Source of the DNA: Candidatus Multivoradales bacterium
Lineage (GTDB): Bacteria; Acidobacteriota; Thermoanaerobaculia; Multivoradales; Multivoraceae
Assembly: GCA_965223325.1 (NCBI GenBank)
Contig: CBDCWI010000002.1
Location: 1 to 64,000, forward strand
Direction: 5' to 3'
Length of the DNA stretch: 64,000 nucleotides
Every line of letters begins with the position of its first letter. The stretch's first letter is position 1. The notes under the pieces are model-generated. The model searched no databases. It saw nothing but the letters and a program-made list of their open reading frames with translations, and had not been told where the DNA came from. Position numbers and translations under genes: made by a program. Below are positions 1-8,670 of the stretch, piece after piece.

Positions 1-541
1 CAGGGAGTACACAACGATCAACCGCGGCACCGGCTTCGGCGGTGGCCGCACGACCATTGGCGCTGACAATCTGTTCTTGACTGGCGCTCACGTCGCTCAC
101 GACTGCGTGATCGGTGATCAGACGGTGTTCATCAACAATGCCACCGCCGGAGGGCATTGCGTCGTCGAAGACTGGGCGACGCTCGGGGCGTTCAGTTCGA
201 TGCACCCCTTTTGTCGACTCGGGCAGCACGCCTACGTCGGCGGGTACACCATTGTGACGATGGATGCCCTGCCGTCGCCACGACGGTGGGGCAGAAGCCA
301 CAGTGTTACGGAGTCAACCGAATCGGTCTCGAGCGGCGAGGCTTCGACGGTGCGCAGATTCGATCACTACAGGCGGCGTTCAGGTTCTCCTGCGTTCGTC
401 GTTGAACACGACCCAGGCCGTCGAGCACTCGAGCGCGACCACGCCGGCGATCCTTCGGTGGAGGTCTTGCTCGAGTTCATTCGCTCGAGTGAGCGAGGGG
501 TCATCAAGGCCGGCCGGCGCGGTGCCCGGGGCGCCGGGTGA
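1..541 (+). CDS. lpxA: Acyl-ACP--UDP-N-acetylglucosamine O-acyltransferase, 5'-truncated by the window edge, with about three apparent frameshifts
   Basis: REYTTINRGT...AHVAHDCVIG...GGHCVVEDWATLG hexapeptide repeats; C-terminal GVNRIGLERRGF and FIRSSERGVIK are split over three frames. Confidence 0.9.
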   Translation, partial: REYTTINRGTGFGGGRTTIGADNLFLTGAHVAHDCVIGDQTVFINNATAGGHCVVEDWATLGAFSSMHPFCRLGQHAYVGGYTIVTMDALPSPRRWGRSHSVTESTESVSSGEASTVRRFDHYRRRSGSPAFVVEHDPGRRALERDHAGDPSVEVLLEFIRSSERGVIKAGRRGARGAG

Positions 542-614
542 GGAGGTCCAACGATCGTCTCCCTTCGCGATCGGCCTGTCTCGTCATGCACTCTCTGCAC
601 TGGACATCTTCTGA

Positions 615-1544
615 ATGAAGACACTACGCACTGGCGTTGTCGGTACTGGCGCACTCGGTCGGCATCACACCCGAATCCTGACGCATTTGGACGGTTCGCA
701 GCTGGTCGGAATCTACGATTCGAACCCCGAGACCTCGAGCGTGGTGTCCGAAGAGTTCGGTGCACGGGTGTTCCCAGACGTTGCCAGCCTGGCAGCAGAA
801 GTCGAGGCGGTGGTGGTCGCCGCACCGACCATTCACCACGCCGAGCTCGGATGTCAGCTGCTCGAGGCCGGGGTGCATGTTCTGATCGAGAAACCCATCG
901 CGGCGAGCCTGGAGGAGGCAGATCAGCTGCTCGCCGCGGCCGGGGACCGTGTTCTGTCGGTCGGCCATGTCGAGTTCTTCAATCCGGCGGTTCAGGCGCT
1001 CCTGGCGGTGGGAGAGACGCCTCGGTTTGTCGAGATCGACCGGCTTTCGGTGTTCTCCCCGCGCAGCCTCGACATTGATGTGGTCCTCGACCTGATGATT
1101 CACGACATCCAGATTCTCCACGCCCTCGACGCGTCCGCCATCGAGGAGGTACGCGCGATGGGAATCGAGGTCCTGTCGCCGCGTATTGACATTGCCGATG
1201 TGCGACTCGAATTCGGATCGGGGTGTGTCGCCAACGTGACCGCCTCACGGGTTTCGGCTGAGCGTGTCCGGCAACTGCGAGCTTTCTACTCAGAGCGCTA
1301 CTATTCGCTCGACTACCAACACCAGAGTCTCAGTGGAGCGCGGCTCGAGAGCGCCCCGCAGGAGGCGCTGGGACGCGCGATTGTGCCCGAGACGTTCGAG
1401 ATCGAACCGCAGGAGCCTCTGCGGGCTGAGCTCGAGTGCTTCCTGGCAACCTGTGGCGGAGAAGATGTCGCGGCGGTAGATGGCCACGCGGCCCGCCGCG
1501 CTCTGGCTACGGCGCTCGATATTGTCGAGGCGATCAAGAACTGA
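615..1544 (+). CDS. Gfo/Idh/MocA family NAD(P)-dependent oxidoreductase
   Basis: GVVGTGALGRHH Rossmann motif, HVLIEKP, GHVEFFNP, DLMIHD; commonly adjacent to lpxA. Confidence 0.9.
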   Translation: MKTLRTGVVGTGALGRHHTRILTHLDGSQLVGIYDSNPETSSVVSEEFGARVFPDVASLAAEVEAVVVAAPTIHHAELGCQLLEAGVHVLIEKPIAASLEEADQLLAAAGDRVLSVGHVEFFNPAVQALLAVGETPRFVEIDRLSVFSPRSLDIDVVLDLMIHDIQILHALDASAIEEVRAMGIEVLSPRIDIADVRLEFGSGCVANVTASRVSAERVRQLRAFYSERYYSLDYQHQSLSGARLESAPQEALGRAIVPETFEIEPQEPLRAELECFLATCGGEDVAAVDGHAARRALATALDIVEAIKN

Positions 1545-1656
1545 AGCCAGGTCGTTGTGCGACCTGACAGAGCACCCCGTCTAGCAGAACCCAACAATGT
1601 CGAGTTTCAGGTAGGCGCTCGCCGAGCGGCAAACCTCGCCAGGGAACGAGAACGAG

Positions 1657-2449
1657 ATGACCCGCAAGAACATGCCGACTGGCGAGAAGCCCGAGATCGT
1701 CCTCTCGAATGACGACGGTGTGTTCGCCGAAGGGTTGACGGCGCTCGCTGATGCCCTTGCCGAGATCGCCCACGTATGGGTCGTGGCACCGGGATCGTGA
1801 GCGGTCGGGCAGCAGTCACTCAATCACCCTGCATCATCCCCTGCGGGCGCGAGAGCTTCCTGATGGTCGCTTTGCGGTCGATGGGACGCCCACCGACTGC
1901 GTCAACCTCGCCCTGCATCATCTACTTGCCGACCGCGAGATCAAGATGGTGGTTTCGGGAATCAACGCCGGGCTCAACATTGGCGACGACGTCACCTACT
2001 CGGGCACCCTCGGAGCAGCCTTCGAGGCACATCTGCTCGAAGTACCGGCGGTCGGGTTCAGCCAAGACACCGGTGGCGAGTACTCCTACGAGCGCGCCGC
2101 GGAGTGGGCCGCGGAGCTCGTCAGAACTCTTCTGGGGGACCCACTCGAGCCGTCGCTCCTGCTCAACGTGAACTTCCCGGCGGGCGACTTCGAAGGTTGG
2201 TCGATGACCCGCCTCGGTCGGCGGTTCTACCGCGAAGTCGTCGTCGAGAAGGAGGACCCGAGGGGGCGCTCGTACTACTGGATCGGTGGCCGCCCTGAGT
2301 GGCAGGGTGGCGAGGGGACGGATCACGATGCGCTCGAACACGGCGTGATTTCGGTCACCCCGCTCCATCTCGACCTGACCGACTTCGCCCAGCTCGAGAA
2401 GCGCGCGGCCTGGCACCGCCGTCTCTCCGCGCCGGCCGGAGCGCGCTGA
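1657..2449 (+). CDS. surE: 5'/3'-nucleotidase SurE, with one apparent frameshift near 1791
   Basis: N-terminal IVLSNDDG...VWVVAP in one frame; [33 protein letters not shown] in the next; extra G in gcaccgggatcg. Confidence 0.9.
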
Positions 2450-2457
2450 GGGCAGCC

Positions 2458-3120
2458 ATGGTTGGGCTGGACTACGCTCGCGACCGGATGCTGCGCGATC
2501 TCGAAGCGAAGGGAATCCGTGATCAGCGGGTGCTCGAGGCGATGCGTGCGGTGCCGCGTCACGACTTTGTCGACAAAGCCCTTGGGGCACGCGCCTACAA
2601 GGACTACGCCCTTAGGATCGGGGAAGGGCAGACCATCTCCGCTCCCTGGATCGTCGCTCGGATGACCGAGTTGCTCGAGCTCGAGAAGGAGCACAGCGTG
2701 CTCGAGATTGGTACGGGTTCTGGCTACCAGACGGCAGTCCTGGCCCAGCTGGCGCGCGTGGTGTACAGCATTGAACGGGTGTCGGCGCTGGCCCGGCAGG
2801 CAGTCCAGCGGATCCAGGCACTCGGGTTCGACAACGTCAAGATCCAGGTCTTCGATGGCTCGATCGGCTTCAGCGATCGGGCGCCATACGATCGCATCCT
2901 GGTCACCGCTGGGGCGCCGGATGTTCCACCCCCGCTCATCGAGCAGCTCGCCCCACGGGGCCGGATGGTCATTCCGGTGGGTGAGCACGGCAATCAGCGT
3001 CTGGTATTGCTCGAGCGTGACGCCTGGGGCGCCGCCAAGAAACGCGTCGGCGAGGCGGTGTCGTTTGTGCCGTTGCTCGGCCGACATGGGTTCGAGCGGC
3101 CGGGCGGCGAGGGCACTTGA
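2458..3120 (+). CDS. pcm: Protein-L-isoaspartate O-methyltransferase
   Basis: VPRHDFV, GQTISAP, VLEIGTGSGYQTAVLA, APYDRILVTAGA; follows surE. Confidence 0.95.
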   Translation: MVGLDYARDRMLRDLEAKGIRDQRVLEAMRAVPRHDFVDKALGARAYKDYALRIGEGQTISAPWIVARMTELLELEKEHSVLEIGTGSGYQTAVLAQLARVVYSIERVSALARQAVQRIQALGFDNVKIQVFDGSIGFSDRAPYDRILVTAGAPDVPPPLIEQLAPRGRMVIPVGEHGNQRLVLLERDAWGAAKKRVGEAVSFVPLLGRHGFERPGGEGT

Positions 3121-3193
3121 GTGGAGTTGTGCGCTCACTGATCCGGTGAGAGTGCCGAGTCTGGAATACGCGGAGCTCGCAGGGTGGGGGCCT

Positions 3194-3238
3194 GTAGGTG
3201 GGGGCGTTGTAGGCGTGGGCGTTGTAGGCGTGGGCGGG
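3194..3238 (+). repeat. Short G-rich tandem repeat (TGTAGGCGTGGGCGT-like, about 3 copies)
   Basis: gtaggtgggggcgttgtaggcgtgggcgttgtaggcgtgggcggg. Confidence 0.6.
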
Positions 3239-3270
3239 AGTGTGGGGTTGTGTGGGTGTGCCAGGGCGCC

Positions 3271-3562
3271 GGGCGGGAGGTGGAGCTTCCGGGACTGCCC
3301 GCTCCGCGACGGCCGGCGCATCCAGCTAAGGGGTGCCCGGGGCGCGTGGCGGGGGTGGGCAAAACTCGCTGCGCTTCGCTGGGAGTGCGGTGGACCTCGA
3401 CGATTCATCTGCGTTCGATGCCGCCCGGTCTTCGGGTGGGCGCTCCGCTCAAACACTTGCCCACCCTGATCCGCCCCGCGCCCCGGGCACCCCTAAGCTC
3501 GATCCTGCGCCTTTACCGTCTGACTGCTCCGCGGGCAGTCCCGGAAGCACCACCTCCCGCCC
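3271..3562. repeat. Long imperfect inverted repeat (foldback, MITE/REPIN-like element)
   Basis: 3271-3362 is the reverse complement of 3457-3562 with scattered mismatches and small indels. Confidence 0.85.
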
Positions 3563-3600
3563 TTTCGGAGTCTGCGCACAACGGGGTTGGTGAGGGGGGT

Positions 3601-3760
3601 GCACGCTCGTGCTTCGCACATCGCGCATTCATGCGCGCGCCTTCGGCGACTTGCGCGGAGTGATTGGTCTCGGAGCCGGATGGCTGGTCTCGCACGCTCG
3701 TGCTTCGCACATCGCGCACTCATGCGCGCGCCTTCGGCGACTTGCGCGGAGTGATTGGTC
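3601..3760 (+). repeat. 69-bp direct repeat x2 (3601-3669 and 3692-3760), one mismatch
   Basis: gcacgctcgtgcttcgcacatcgcgca(t/c)tcatgcgcgcgccttcggcgacttgcgcggagtgattggtc. Confidence 0.9.
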
Positions 3761-3900
3761 CCCGCGCTGGGGGCTCAACTTTGGGGGGATCTCGGCGTTT
3801 CTGCTTCGGAGCGCCCTACGACGGGCCTTTCGCCTTCCTCACACTCCTTTGCCGTGTTGTCTACAATTTTGCGACGCGCTACGATCTGCGCTTGCGCGAG

Positions 3901-3977
3901 GCGCCCGTAGCTCAGCAGGATAGAGCACCGGTTTCCTAAACCGTAGGTCGCAGGTTCGAATCCTGCCGGGCGCACCA
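3901..3977 (+). tRNA. tRNA-Arg (anticodon CCT), prophage integration target
   Basis: Acceptor stem GCGCCCG/CGGGCGC, D-arm GCTC..GAGC, anticodon loop TTCCTAA, T-loop GTTCGAATC, encoded CCA. Confidence 0.97.
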
Positions 3978-3978
3978 G
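3932..3978 (+). repeat. attL core, 47 bp
   Basis: Identical to 50218-50264; begins in the anticodon arm. Confidence 0.97.
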
Positions 3979-4025
3979 AAAAGACGGCAACTTCGAAAGA
4001 TCGGCTAGACTCCCAAAACACCGCG

Positions 4026-4042
4026 TGGGCCAATATGGGCCA
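4026..4042 (+). promoter_or_regulatory. Putative integrase arm-type sites (TGGGCCA x2)
   Basis: Tandem TGGGCCA at 4026 and 4036; matching pair at 50074 and 50085 just inside attR. Confidence 0.6.
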
Positions 4043-4069
4043 CTGCAGATAATAGTTTTGGGGGGAACG

Positions 4070-5134
4070 ATGGCCAGCTATGCCCGCCGAGTCGCCAAGA
4101 ATGGCAGCGTCTCGCACCGCTTTCGCATCCGGATGAAGGGTGTCGACCTGTCCGAAACCTTCCAGCGAAAGAGGGACGGGGAGGCCTGGGCGACGGCTAC
4201 CGAGACGAAGATCCGGCTCGGCGATGTCTCTGGGATCGTCGCCGGCCAGCTCAAGGTGGCTGACGTCTTCGATCACTTCCTGGCCAGTGGTCTGGAGGGT
4301 CGGTCGGACGCTTACGCACGGGACTGCCGACAGCGCCTGGCGGAGTGGCGCTCGGAGCTCGGGACGCTGCCCGTGCCGCTCCTCACGCCGCAGATGGTGC
4401 GCGACGCATGGGAGCGGATTGCCGCACGCCGGCCTGACCGTCCTGGCGCTCGAGGTAGGCAGGCGCCGAACACCCGCATTCACTACCTGCGTGTTCTCAA
4501 GCGCTCGTTCGCCTTCGCGGCCAGCGAGCGATTCGTGGAACGGAGTCCGATCGAGAGCCTGGCCATCGGGAAGCTCGCCCCCGGGCGAGATCGGTTTCTC
4601 ACCGATGACGAGGTGGCGGCCCTCCTGGCCGCGTGCCGGCCAGAGAAGCCCGCACGATGCTCGCCGCGCCTCTATCCGCTGGTCGTTCTCGGGATCTGCA
4701 CCGGGGCTCGAGAGGGGAAGCTGCTTGGCCTTCTGCGGCGCGATCTCGACCTCGAATCTAGGATCGTCTACCTCATGCAGACCAAGAACAAGACTCACCG
4801 CAGCGTCGGGCTCTCCGAGCTCGCCATCTCCGTGATGGACGATTGGTGCAGCGACATGGCGCTCGCTCCTGACGATTTCGTTTTCGAAGAGCGTGGGCAC
4901 TGCCACTTTCCGCGCAAGGCGTGGAACTCGGCGAAGGTACGGGCAGGAATCGAGGCCTCGTTTCGCTTCCACGATCTGCGGCACACCTGCGCGTCTCGCC
5001 TCGCGGAGCGCGGTGCGACGCTGATCGAGATCGGGCAGGTCCTGGGGCACAAGAGTCTCCAGTCGACCATGCGCTACGCGCACCTTGTGAGGGACCGGAT
5101 TCATGATTTGGCTCGGGATGCGGCGCCGCACTGA
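4070..5134 (+). CDS. int: Tyrosine recombinase (phage integrase)
   Basis: TGAR, TKN, FHDLRHT, LGHKS, TMRYAH catalytic motifs; adjacent to attL. Confidence 0.96.
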   Translation: MASYARRVAKNGSVSHRFRIRMKGVDLSETFQRKRDGEAWATATETKIRLGDVSGIVAGQLKVADVFDHFLASGLEGRSDAYARDCRQRLAEWRSELGTLPVPLLTPQMVRDAWERIAARRPDRPGARGRQAPNTRIHYLRVLKRSFAFAASERFVERSPIESLAIGKLAPGRDRFLTDDEVAALLAACRPEKPARCSPRLYPLVVLGICTGAREGKLLGLLRRDLDLESRIVYLMQTKNKTHRSVGLSELAISVMDDWCSDMALAPDDFVFEERGHCHFPRKAWNSAKVRAGIEASFRFHDLRHTCASRLAERGATLIEIGQVLGHKSLQSTMRYAHLVRDRIHDLARDAAPH

Positions 5135-5343
5135 GAGGTGTGCTCCAAGTCTCTCCATGGGTCACCAACCCTGTCGCCACTGTCAGCCTTGTAACGGTCG
5201 GACCCAGGAACCTCCTCGTCCAGCACTTCGAGGAAAGGTGATCCGCAGCAGCCGCAACCTCCAATCACAATCTTGTGTTTGCGCGTCAGAGCCGAGAGCT
5301 CATCCAGGAATTCAGCGACCCTCTGCTCGTTCTGCTGCTCCAT
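5101..5343 (-). CDS. Hypothetical phage protein with GGCGCCGSP motif
   Basis: Last gene of the coupled leftward operon. Confidence 0.6.
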   Translation of the reverse strand: MEQQNEQRVAEFLDELSALTRKHKIVIGGCGCCGSPFLEVLDEEVPGSDRYKADSGDRVGDPWRDLEHTSQCGAASRAKS

Positions 5344-5607
5344 CTAGACCGTCCCTCCCTTCCGCAGCCACACCACGTAGCGCGGCCAGTTGATCATCAC
5401 CTTCCTCACTCCAGGCGGTCTCCAGACGCCGCCACACTCTAGGAGCCCGTTCTTCTTGCACGCCCGGACCTGATGCCGGATCTGATGATCAGTCAGCCAA
5501 GAGATCTTCTCTGCAGCCTGGTCGATCGTGATCATCTGGTTCAGTTCCTGGGCGAGCTCTTCGACAGAAGGGGGCAGGTTGGGATCGATGTGTTCTGCAA
5601 CGCTCAC
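5344..5607 (-). CDS. Excisionase-like winged-HTH protein
   Basis: GTG start overlapping the upstream stop; MITIDQAAEKISWLTDHQIRHQV...KVMINWPRYVVWL; near int. Confidence 0.55.
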   Translation of the reverse strand: MSVAEHIDPNLPPSVEELAQELNQMITIDQAAEKISWLTDHQIRHQVRACKKNGLLECGGVWRPPGVRKVMINWPRYVVWLRKGGTV

Positions 5608-5765
5608 TTCTTCTTTGCCTCCTCGGCGAGCATGGCGACAATCGCCCCCATCGCTACCCCGCCAATAGTCATGAGGGTTGTTATCAGCGCGGTCCGCGTA
5701 TCGGCCAGGCACCAGACCAGCGCGAGACCTCCAGTCAGCAAGCCGCATCCAGGTCCAGTCTTCAT
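5604..5765 (-). CDS. Small 53-aa membrane protein (not in ORF track)
   Basis: MKTGPGCGLLTGGLALVWCLADTRTALITTLMTIGGVAMGAIVAMLAEEAKKK; start/stop overlaps at both ends. Confidence 0.65.
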   Translation of the reverse strand: MKTGPGCGLLTGGLALVWCLADTRTALITTLMTIGGVAMGAIVAMLAEEAKKK

Positions 5766-6022
5766 ACCTGTCCTCCAGGAATCGGCGGAAGAACCACCGG
5801 CCCAAGAATGCCGGCGTCACCGGCTGCCGTTTCGCGCCGGCGCAGCCCCTCGAGCCGGCGAGAGTTCTCTACCTCGCCCTTCAGAAAATCGCGCTCGGCC
5901 CGAAGCTGTTCCAGCTTCTTGGCTGCTGCGATGGGGTCATCCATGACCCGAAGTGCGTTTGCCACGTCCACGCCTTCGCGCTCGCAGCGCTCGAGCAGAT
6001 CGGTGATTCCTGAGATGTTCAT
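5762..6022 (-). CDS. Hypothetical coiled-coil protein
   Basis: ATGA coupling to both neighbours. Confidence 0.6.
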   Translation of the reverse strand: MNISGITDLLERCEREGVDVANALRVMDDPIAAAKKLEQLRAERDFLKGEVENSRRLEGLRRRETAAGDAGILGPVVLPPIPGGQV

Positions 6023-6231
6023 GAAGCCGCCTCCGTAAGAAGCTCAGGGCGCCCCACAGCCTCGAGCGGCTCCCGGCGTTTCCAGTCCTGGACAGGCACC
6101 AATCGCACGCGCCCAGCGAGCACCTCGAGCGGAAGCAGCGAGGTCGAGCAGCAGGACCAGCAGCCGCCCTCGCGGTCAACCTCGACCAGGGCGTCGCACT
6201 CGACGCAAACGGCGTACTCGTTGAGCCTCAT
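6019..6231 (-). CDS. Small zinc-ribbon-like protein
   Basis: CVEC...CWSC motifs; coupled in operon. Confidence 0.6.
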   Translation of the reverse strand: MRLNEYAVCVECDALVEVDREGGCWSCCSTSLLPLEVLAGRVRLVPVQDWKRREPLEAVGRPELLTEAAS

Positions 6232-7277
6232 GCCGCACCCTGCCTTTCGGCAAGAGCTTCGGCTATCGCCGCCCTCTGCTCATCCGACATTTCCGGCTCC
6301 GGTGTTGGTTGGTTGCCCCTGATCGCCTGCTGCTCCATCTCGAACTGCGCCGTGACTCGATCCCTGCTCTTGGGTGGGTTGCGCGCCGCCGCCGCAGCCT
6401 TCGCCAGCCAGTCCTCTGCGTACGTCTCCGGGTCTTTCACCCAGTTCAGGACCGACCTCACCGGCCGATCGGTCATCTCGCAGAACGCGAGATATGCCGC
6501 GCCGTTCTCGGTCAGCCGGTGCGGTCCGTGTGCCGCATCTGCCGCCAGCACGAACTCGCGCTGCACCCTCGAGACGGCCGCCGGCGACATCGGCCGGTGT
6601 GGCTCGGGCCACAGGCCGAGAAGCGAATCCAGACTCTCCGAGTATTCACTGTCTAAAAATTGTTCTTCGTCCTCGGGGGAGCCCCTCCGGAATCCCTCTT
6701 CCCTCTTCCCTCTTCCCTTATCCCTTATCCCTCTTCCCTCTTCCCTATTTGCCATAGGCTTTGGTGAAGGGTCTCCGGAAGGGTCTGGCAAAGGCTTTTC
6801 TAAAGGGTTGGGCAAAGCCTTTCGGGCCCAGCCTGGCAGGGCGTTTGCGAAGGCGCGAGAGGTCGGCTCCGAGAGATTCTGAAAGGCTTCCGCGGCAGTC
6901 TTCAGCTGCCGGAACACCAGGTCGACCCGGGGAAGCGAGTCAAGAATGTGACCCAGACTCTTCGCGACGTTGGGGTTCTCGGGGGGGTTGTGTTCGAGGA
7001 AACGCGGGAGCCGAACAAGCTCGTTTTCCTCGTCCCACTCGGCCCAACCTGAGCCCTCGAGTTCGGCCAGTGCACTCTCGAGCCCGGACTTCGAGAGCTT
7101 CGCCTGGCGGCACATGGTGGACAGGGCCATCTCCATCACCCCGAGCCGAGTCATTTTCGGGTGGGTCATGAACATGAGGAACAGGAGCCGGGCGTCGTTC
7201 TCGAAACCTATGAACGTCGGATGGTTCCAGATCCTCACGAAGACCCGCCGATAGATGCCACGGTCGCGGTCACTCAA
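6228..7277 (-). CDS. Phage replication initiator / replisome organiser-like protein
   Basis: YRRVFVRIWNHPTF...ARLLFL N-terminal HTH-like region; central low-complexity repeats. Confidence 0.7.
   Translation of the reverse strand: MSDRDRGIYRRVFVRIWNHPTFIGFENDARLLFLMFMTHPKMTRLGVMEMALSTMCRQAKLSKSGLESALAELEGSGWAEWDEENELVRLPRFLEHNPPENPNVAKSLGHILDSLPRVDLVFRQLKTAAEAFQNLSEPTSRAFANALPGWARKALPNPLEKPLPDPSGDPSPKPMANREEGRGIRDKGRGKREEGFRRGSPEDEEQFLDSEYSESLDSLLGLWPEPHRPMSPAAVSRVQREFVLAADAAHGPHRLTENGAAYLAFCEMTDRPVRSVLNWVKDPETYAEDWLAKAAAAARNPPKSRDRVTAQFEMEQQAIRGNQPTPEPEMSDEQRAAIAEALAERQGAA
6693..6830. repeat. Eight tandem TCCCT(CT/TA/AT) heptamers plus 12-nt-period AAGG repeats; putative origin
   Basis: Heptamers at 6693-6748; 12-nt periodicity at about 6760-6830, inside the initiator gene. 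Confidence 0.6.
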
Positions 7278-7522
7278 GACATACTCCTCGAGGTGATGAT
7301 CGAGTTCACCAGCACCTGGCGGTCCGCCAGCACCCCGGGCTCGATCTCGACCTTGCAGGTCTCGAACCGGCCACAGCCAGACGTCTCGCCGCTGCGGCCG
7401 ACGATCTTGACCATTCGCTGCATGACACCCTGCTCGTAGTAGAGCCCCCGAGTGATCCGGTGCTTACCCCGCACGATGCCAGGGCTCTCGTCCTGGCTGG
7501 GGTTGTAGGCCGAGCCGCTCAT
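7274..7522 (-). CDS. Hypothetical protein
   Basis: Coupled to neighbours. Confidence 0.55.
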   Translation of the reverse strand: MSGSAYNPSQDESPGIVRGKHRITRGLYYEQGVMQRMVKIVGRSGETSGCGRFETCKVEIEPGVLADRQVLVNSIITSRSMS

Positions 7523-7849
7523 CTAGAGAGGCCACCATGTAGCTGTGTTAGAGCCCAGGACTGTGCAACGACGAGCCTCACCTCGGCGGATGTACTCGTC
7601 CTCTTTGAGATCGCTGAGCCGGCGCCTCACCTCCATGAGCCGGCGCGTGTCGTCGACGCATATCGCTCCAGTGCCGGCGGCGAGCTCCGCCGCTGTCCGA
7701 CCAGGCCGGAGCTTGACCAGGCCCAGAACGATCTCGGCGTGTTTCACACGGGTGCCGCTTCGGTCCTTCTTCTCGGCCGCCTGGAAGCTCGAGAGGGGGT
7801 CGGTGCGGTGGACGATCGGGGCCGTCAGGGTGAGTTTTGCCTGCATCAC
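7523..7849 (-). CDS. Winged-HTH DNA-binding phage protein
   Basis: RTDPLSSFQAA...RTAAELA...RRRLSDL pattern. Confidence 0.6.
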   Translation of the reverse strand: MMQAKLTLTAPIVHRTDPLSSFQAAEKKDRSGTRVKHAEIVLGLVKLRPGRTAAELAAGTGAICVDDTRRLMEVRRRLSDLKEDEYIRRGEARRCTVLGSNTATWWPL

Positions 7850-8646
7850 TTCGTCCCCTCTGCCGGCGAAACCTCAAGGACGTAGTCCGACCACGTCGAC
7901 TCTCCGCCCTTGATTGAGGTGTACATCACGCGCAGTTCCTCGAGCTCCTTGGGGGATGCCTGGCCGACCTTCTTGCCGAGCCAACCCTCGAGGTCCTTCA
8001 CCTCGACGTTCAGGTCGCCGAACGCCGTAATCACCTCTTTACGCAGTCGATCGGGGTCCTCAGCGGCCTTTGAGCGCATGCGTCCGCGACACTTGTCCAT
8101 GGCGTCTTCGATCAAGTGCTTTGGAATCAACTTCAGGATGGCGTTGCGCTCCAGGATGGCTCCTCGGCGGTTGACCAGCTCGCGGCGATCTCGCTCGTCC
8201 GTCACCACCCATTCGGTCTGCCCGGTTTGCTTGTTCTTCCGCTGCACTTCCTTCTTGAAATGGTCGTCCGAACTGGTCTTCGTGTTCGTCTGGAGGTCCC
8301 AGGCCCACCCTCGAATGTGCACGTGCGTGTCGTCCTCGCGGACGATGTCGACGCCGGATCGGACGTTTCCCCAGCATCGCGCTGCCTCACGCGCCAGGTC
8401 GACGCTTGGCCCCTCGATCTTTGATCCACCTCGAGGGAAGGAATAGATAGCGGCCGCCGCGAACGTCTTGCTCTGGCAAGTCTTCATCAAGGCAGCGAAG
8501 GCCTCGTCCTCGTTTCGGGGCCTGTTCTGTGCCACGACGATCGCGCCATGGATCTCTGCCTCTACCGCTCGAGCAGCCGCAACGGTGGATAGCTCCACGG
8601 AGCCACTGGCGTCGTTGGTCGTTGGGAGGAGCTGCATTTCAGACAT
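7846..8646 (-). CDS. Conserved phage early protein, possibly recombination-associated
   Basis: AEIHGAIVVAQNRPRNE, YSFPRGGSKIEGPSVDLAREAARCWGN motif; function not established. Confidence 0.55.
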   Translation of the reverse strand: MSEMQLLPTTNDASGSVELSTVAAARAVEAEIHGAIVVAQNRPRNEDEAFAALMKTCQSKTFAAAAIYSFPRGGSKIEGPSVDLAREAARCWGNVRSGVDIVREDDTHVHIRGWAWDLQTNTKTSSDDHFKKEVQRKNKQTGQTEWVVTDERDRRELVNRRGAILERNAILKLIPKHLIEDAMDKCRGRMRSKAAEDPDRLRKEVITAFGDLNVEVKDLEGWLGKKVGQASPKELEELRVMYTSIKGGESTWSDYVLEVSPAEGTK

Positions 8647-8670
8647 CTGTTCAGGTTTCCTTTGGGACTT

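Noticed and set aside
3601-3760. Possible CRISPR array
   Set aside because: Only two 69-bp units with a 22-nt gap; wrong geometry and no cas genes.
3121-3900. ORFs across the pcm-tRNA spacer
   Set aside because: Low-complexity translations of repeats and palindromes.
3928-3944. C-T mismatch at the top of the tRNA anticodon stem as integration damage
   Set aside because: attL and attR are identical over the 3' strand, so integration did not create it; such mismatches are tolerated or may be a read error.
5344-5820. 158-aa ORF, or a frameshift joining it to 5762-6022
   Set aside because: Better explained by three coupled genes (5762-6022, 5604-5765, 5344-5607) with 4-nt start/stop overlaps.
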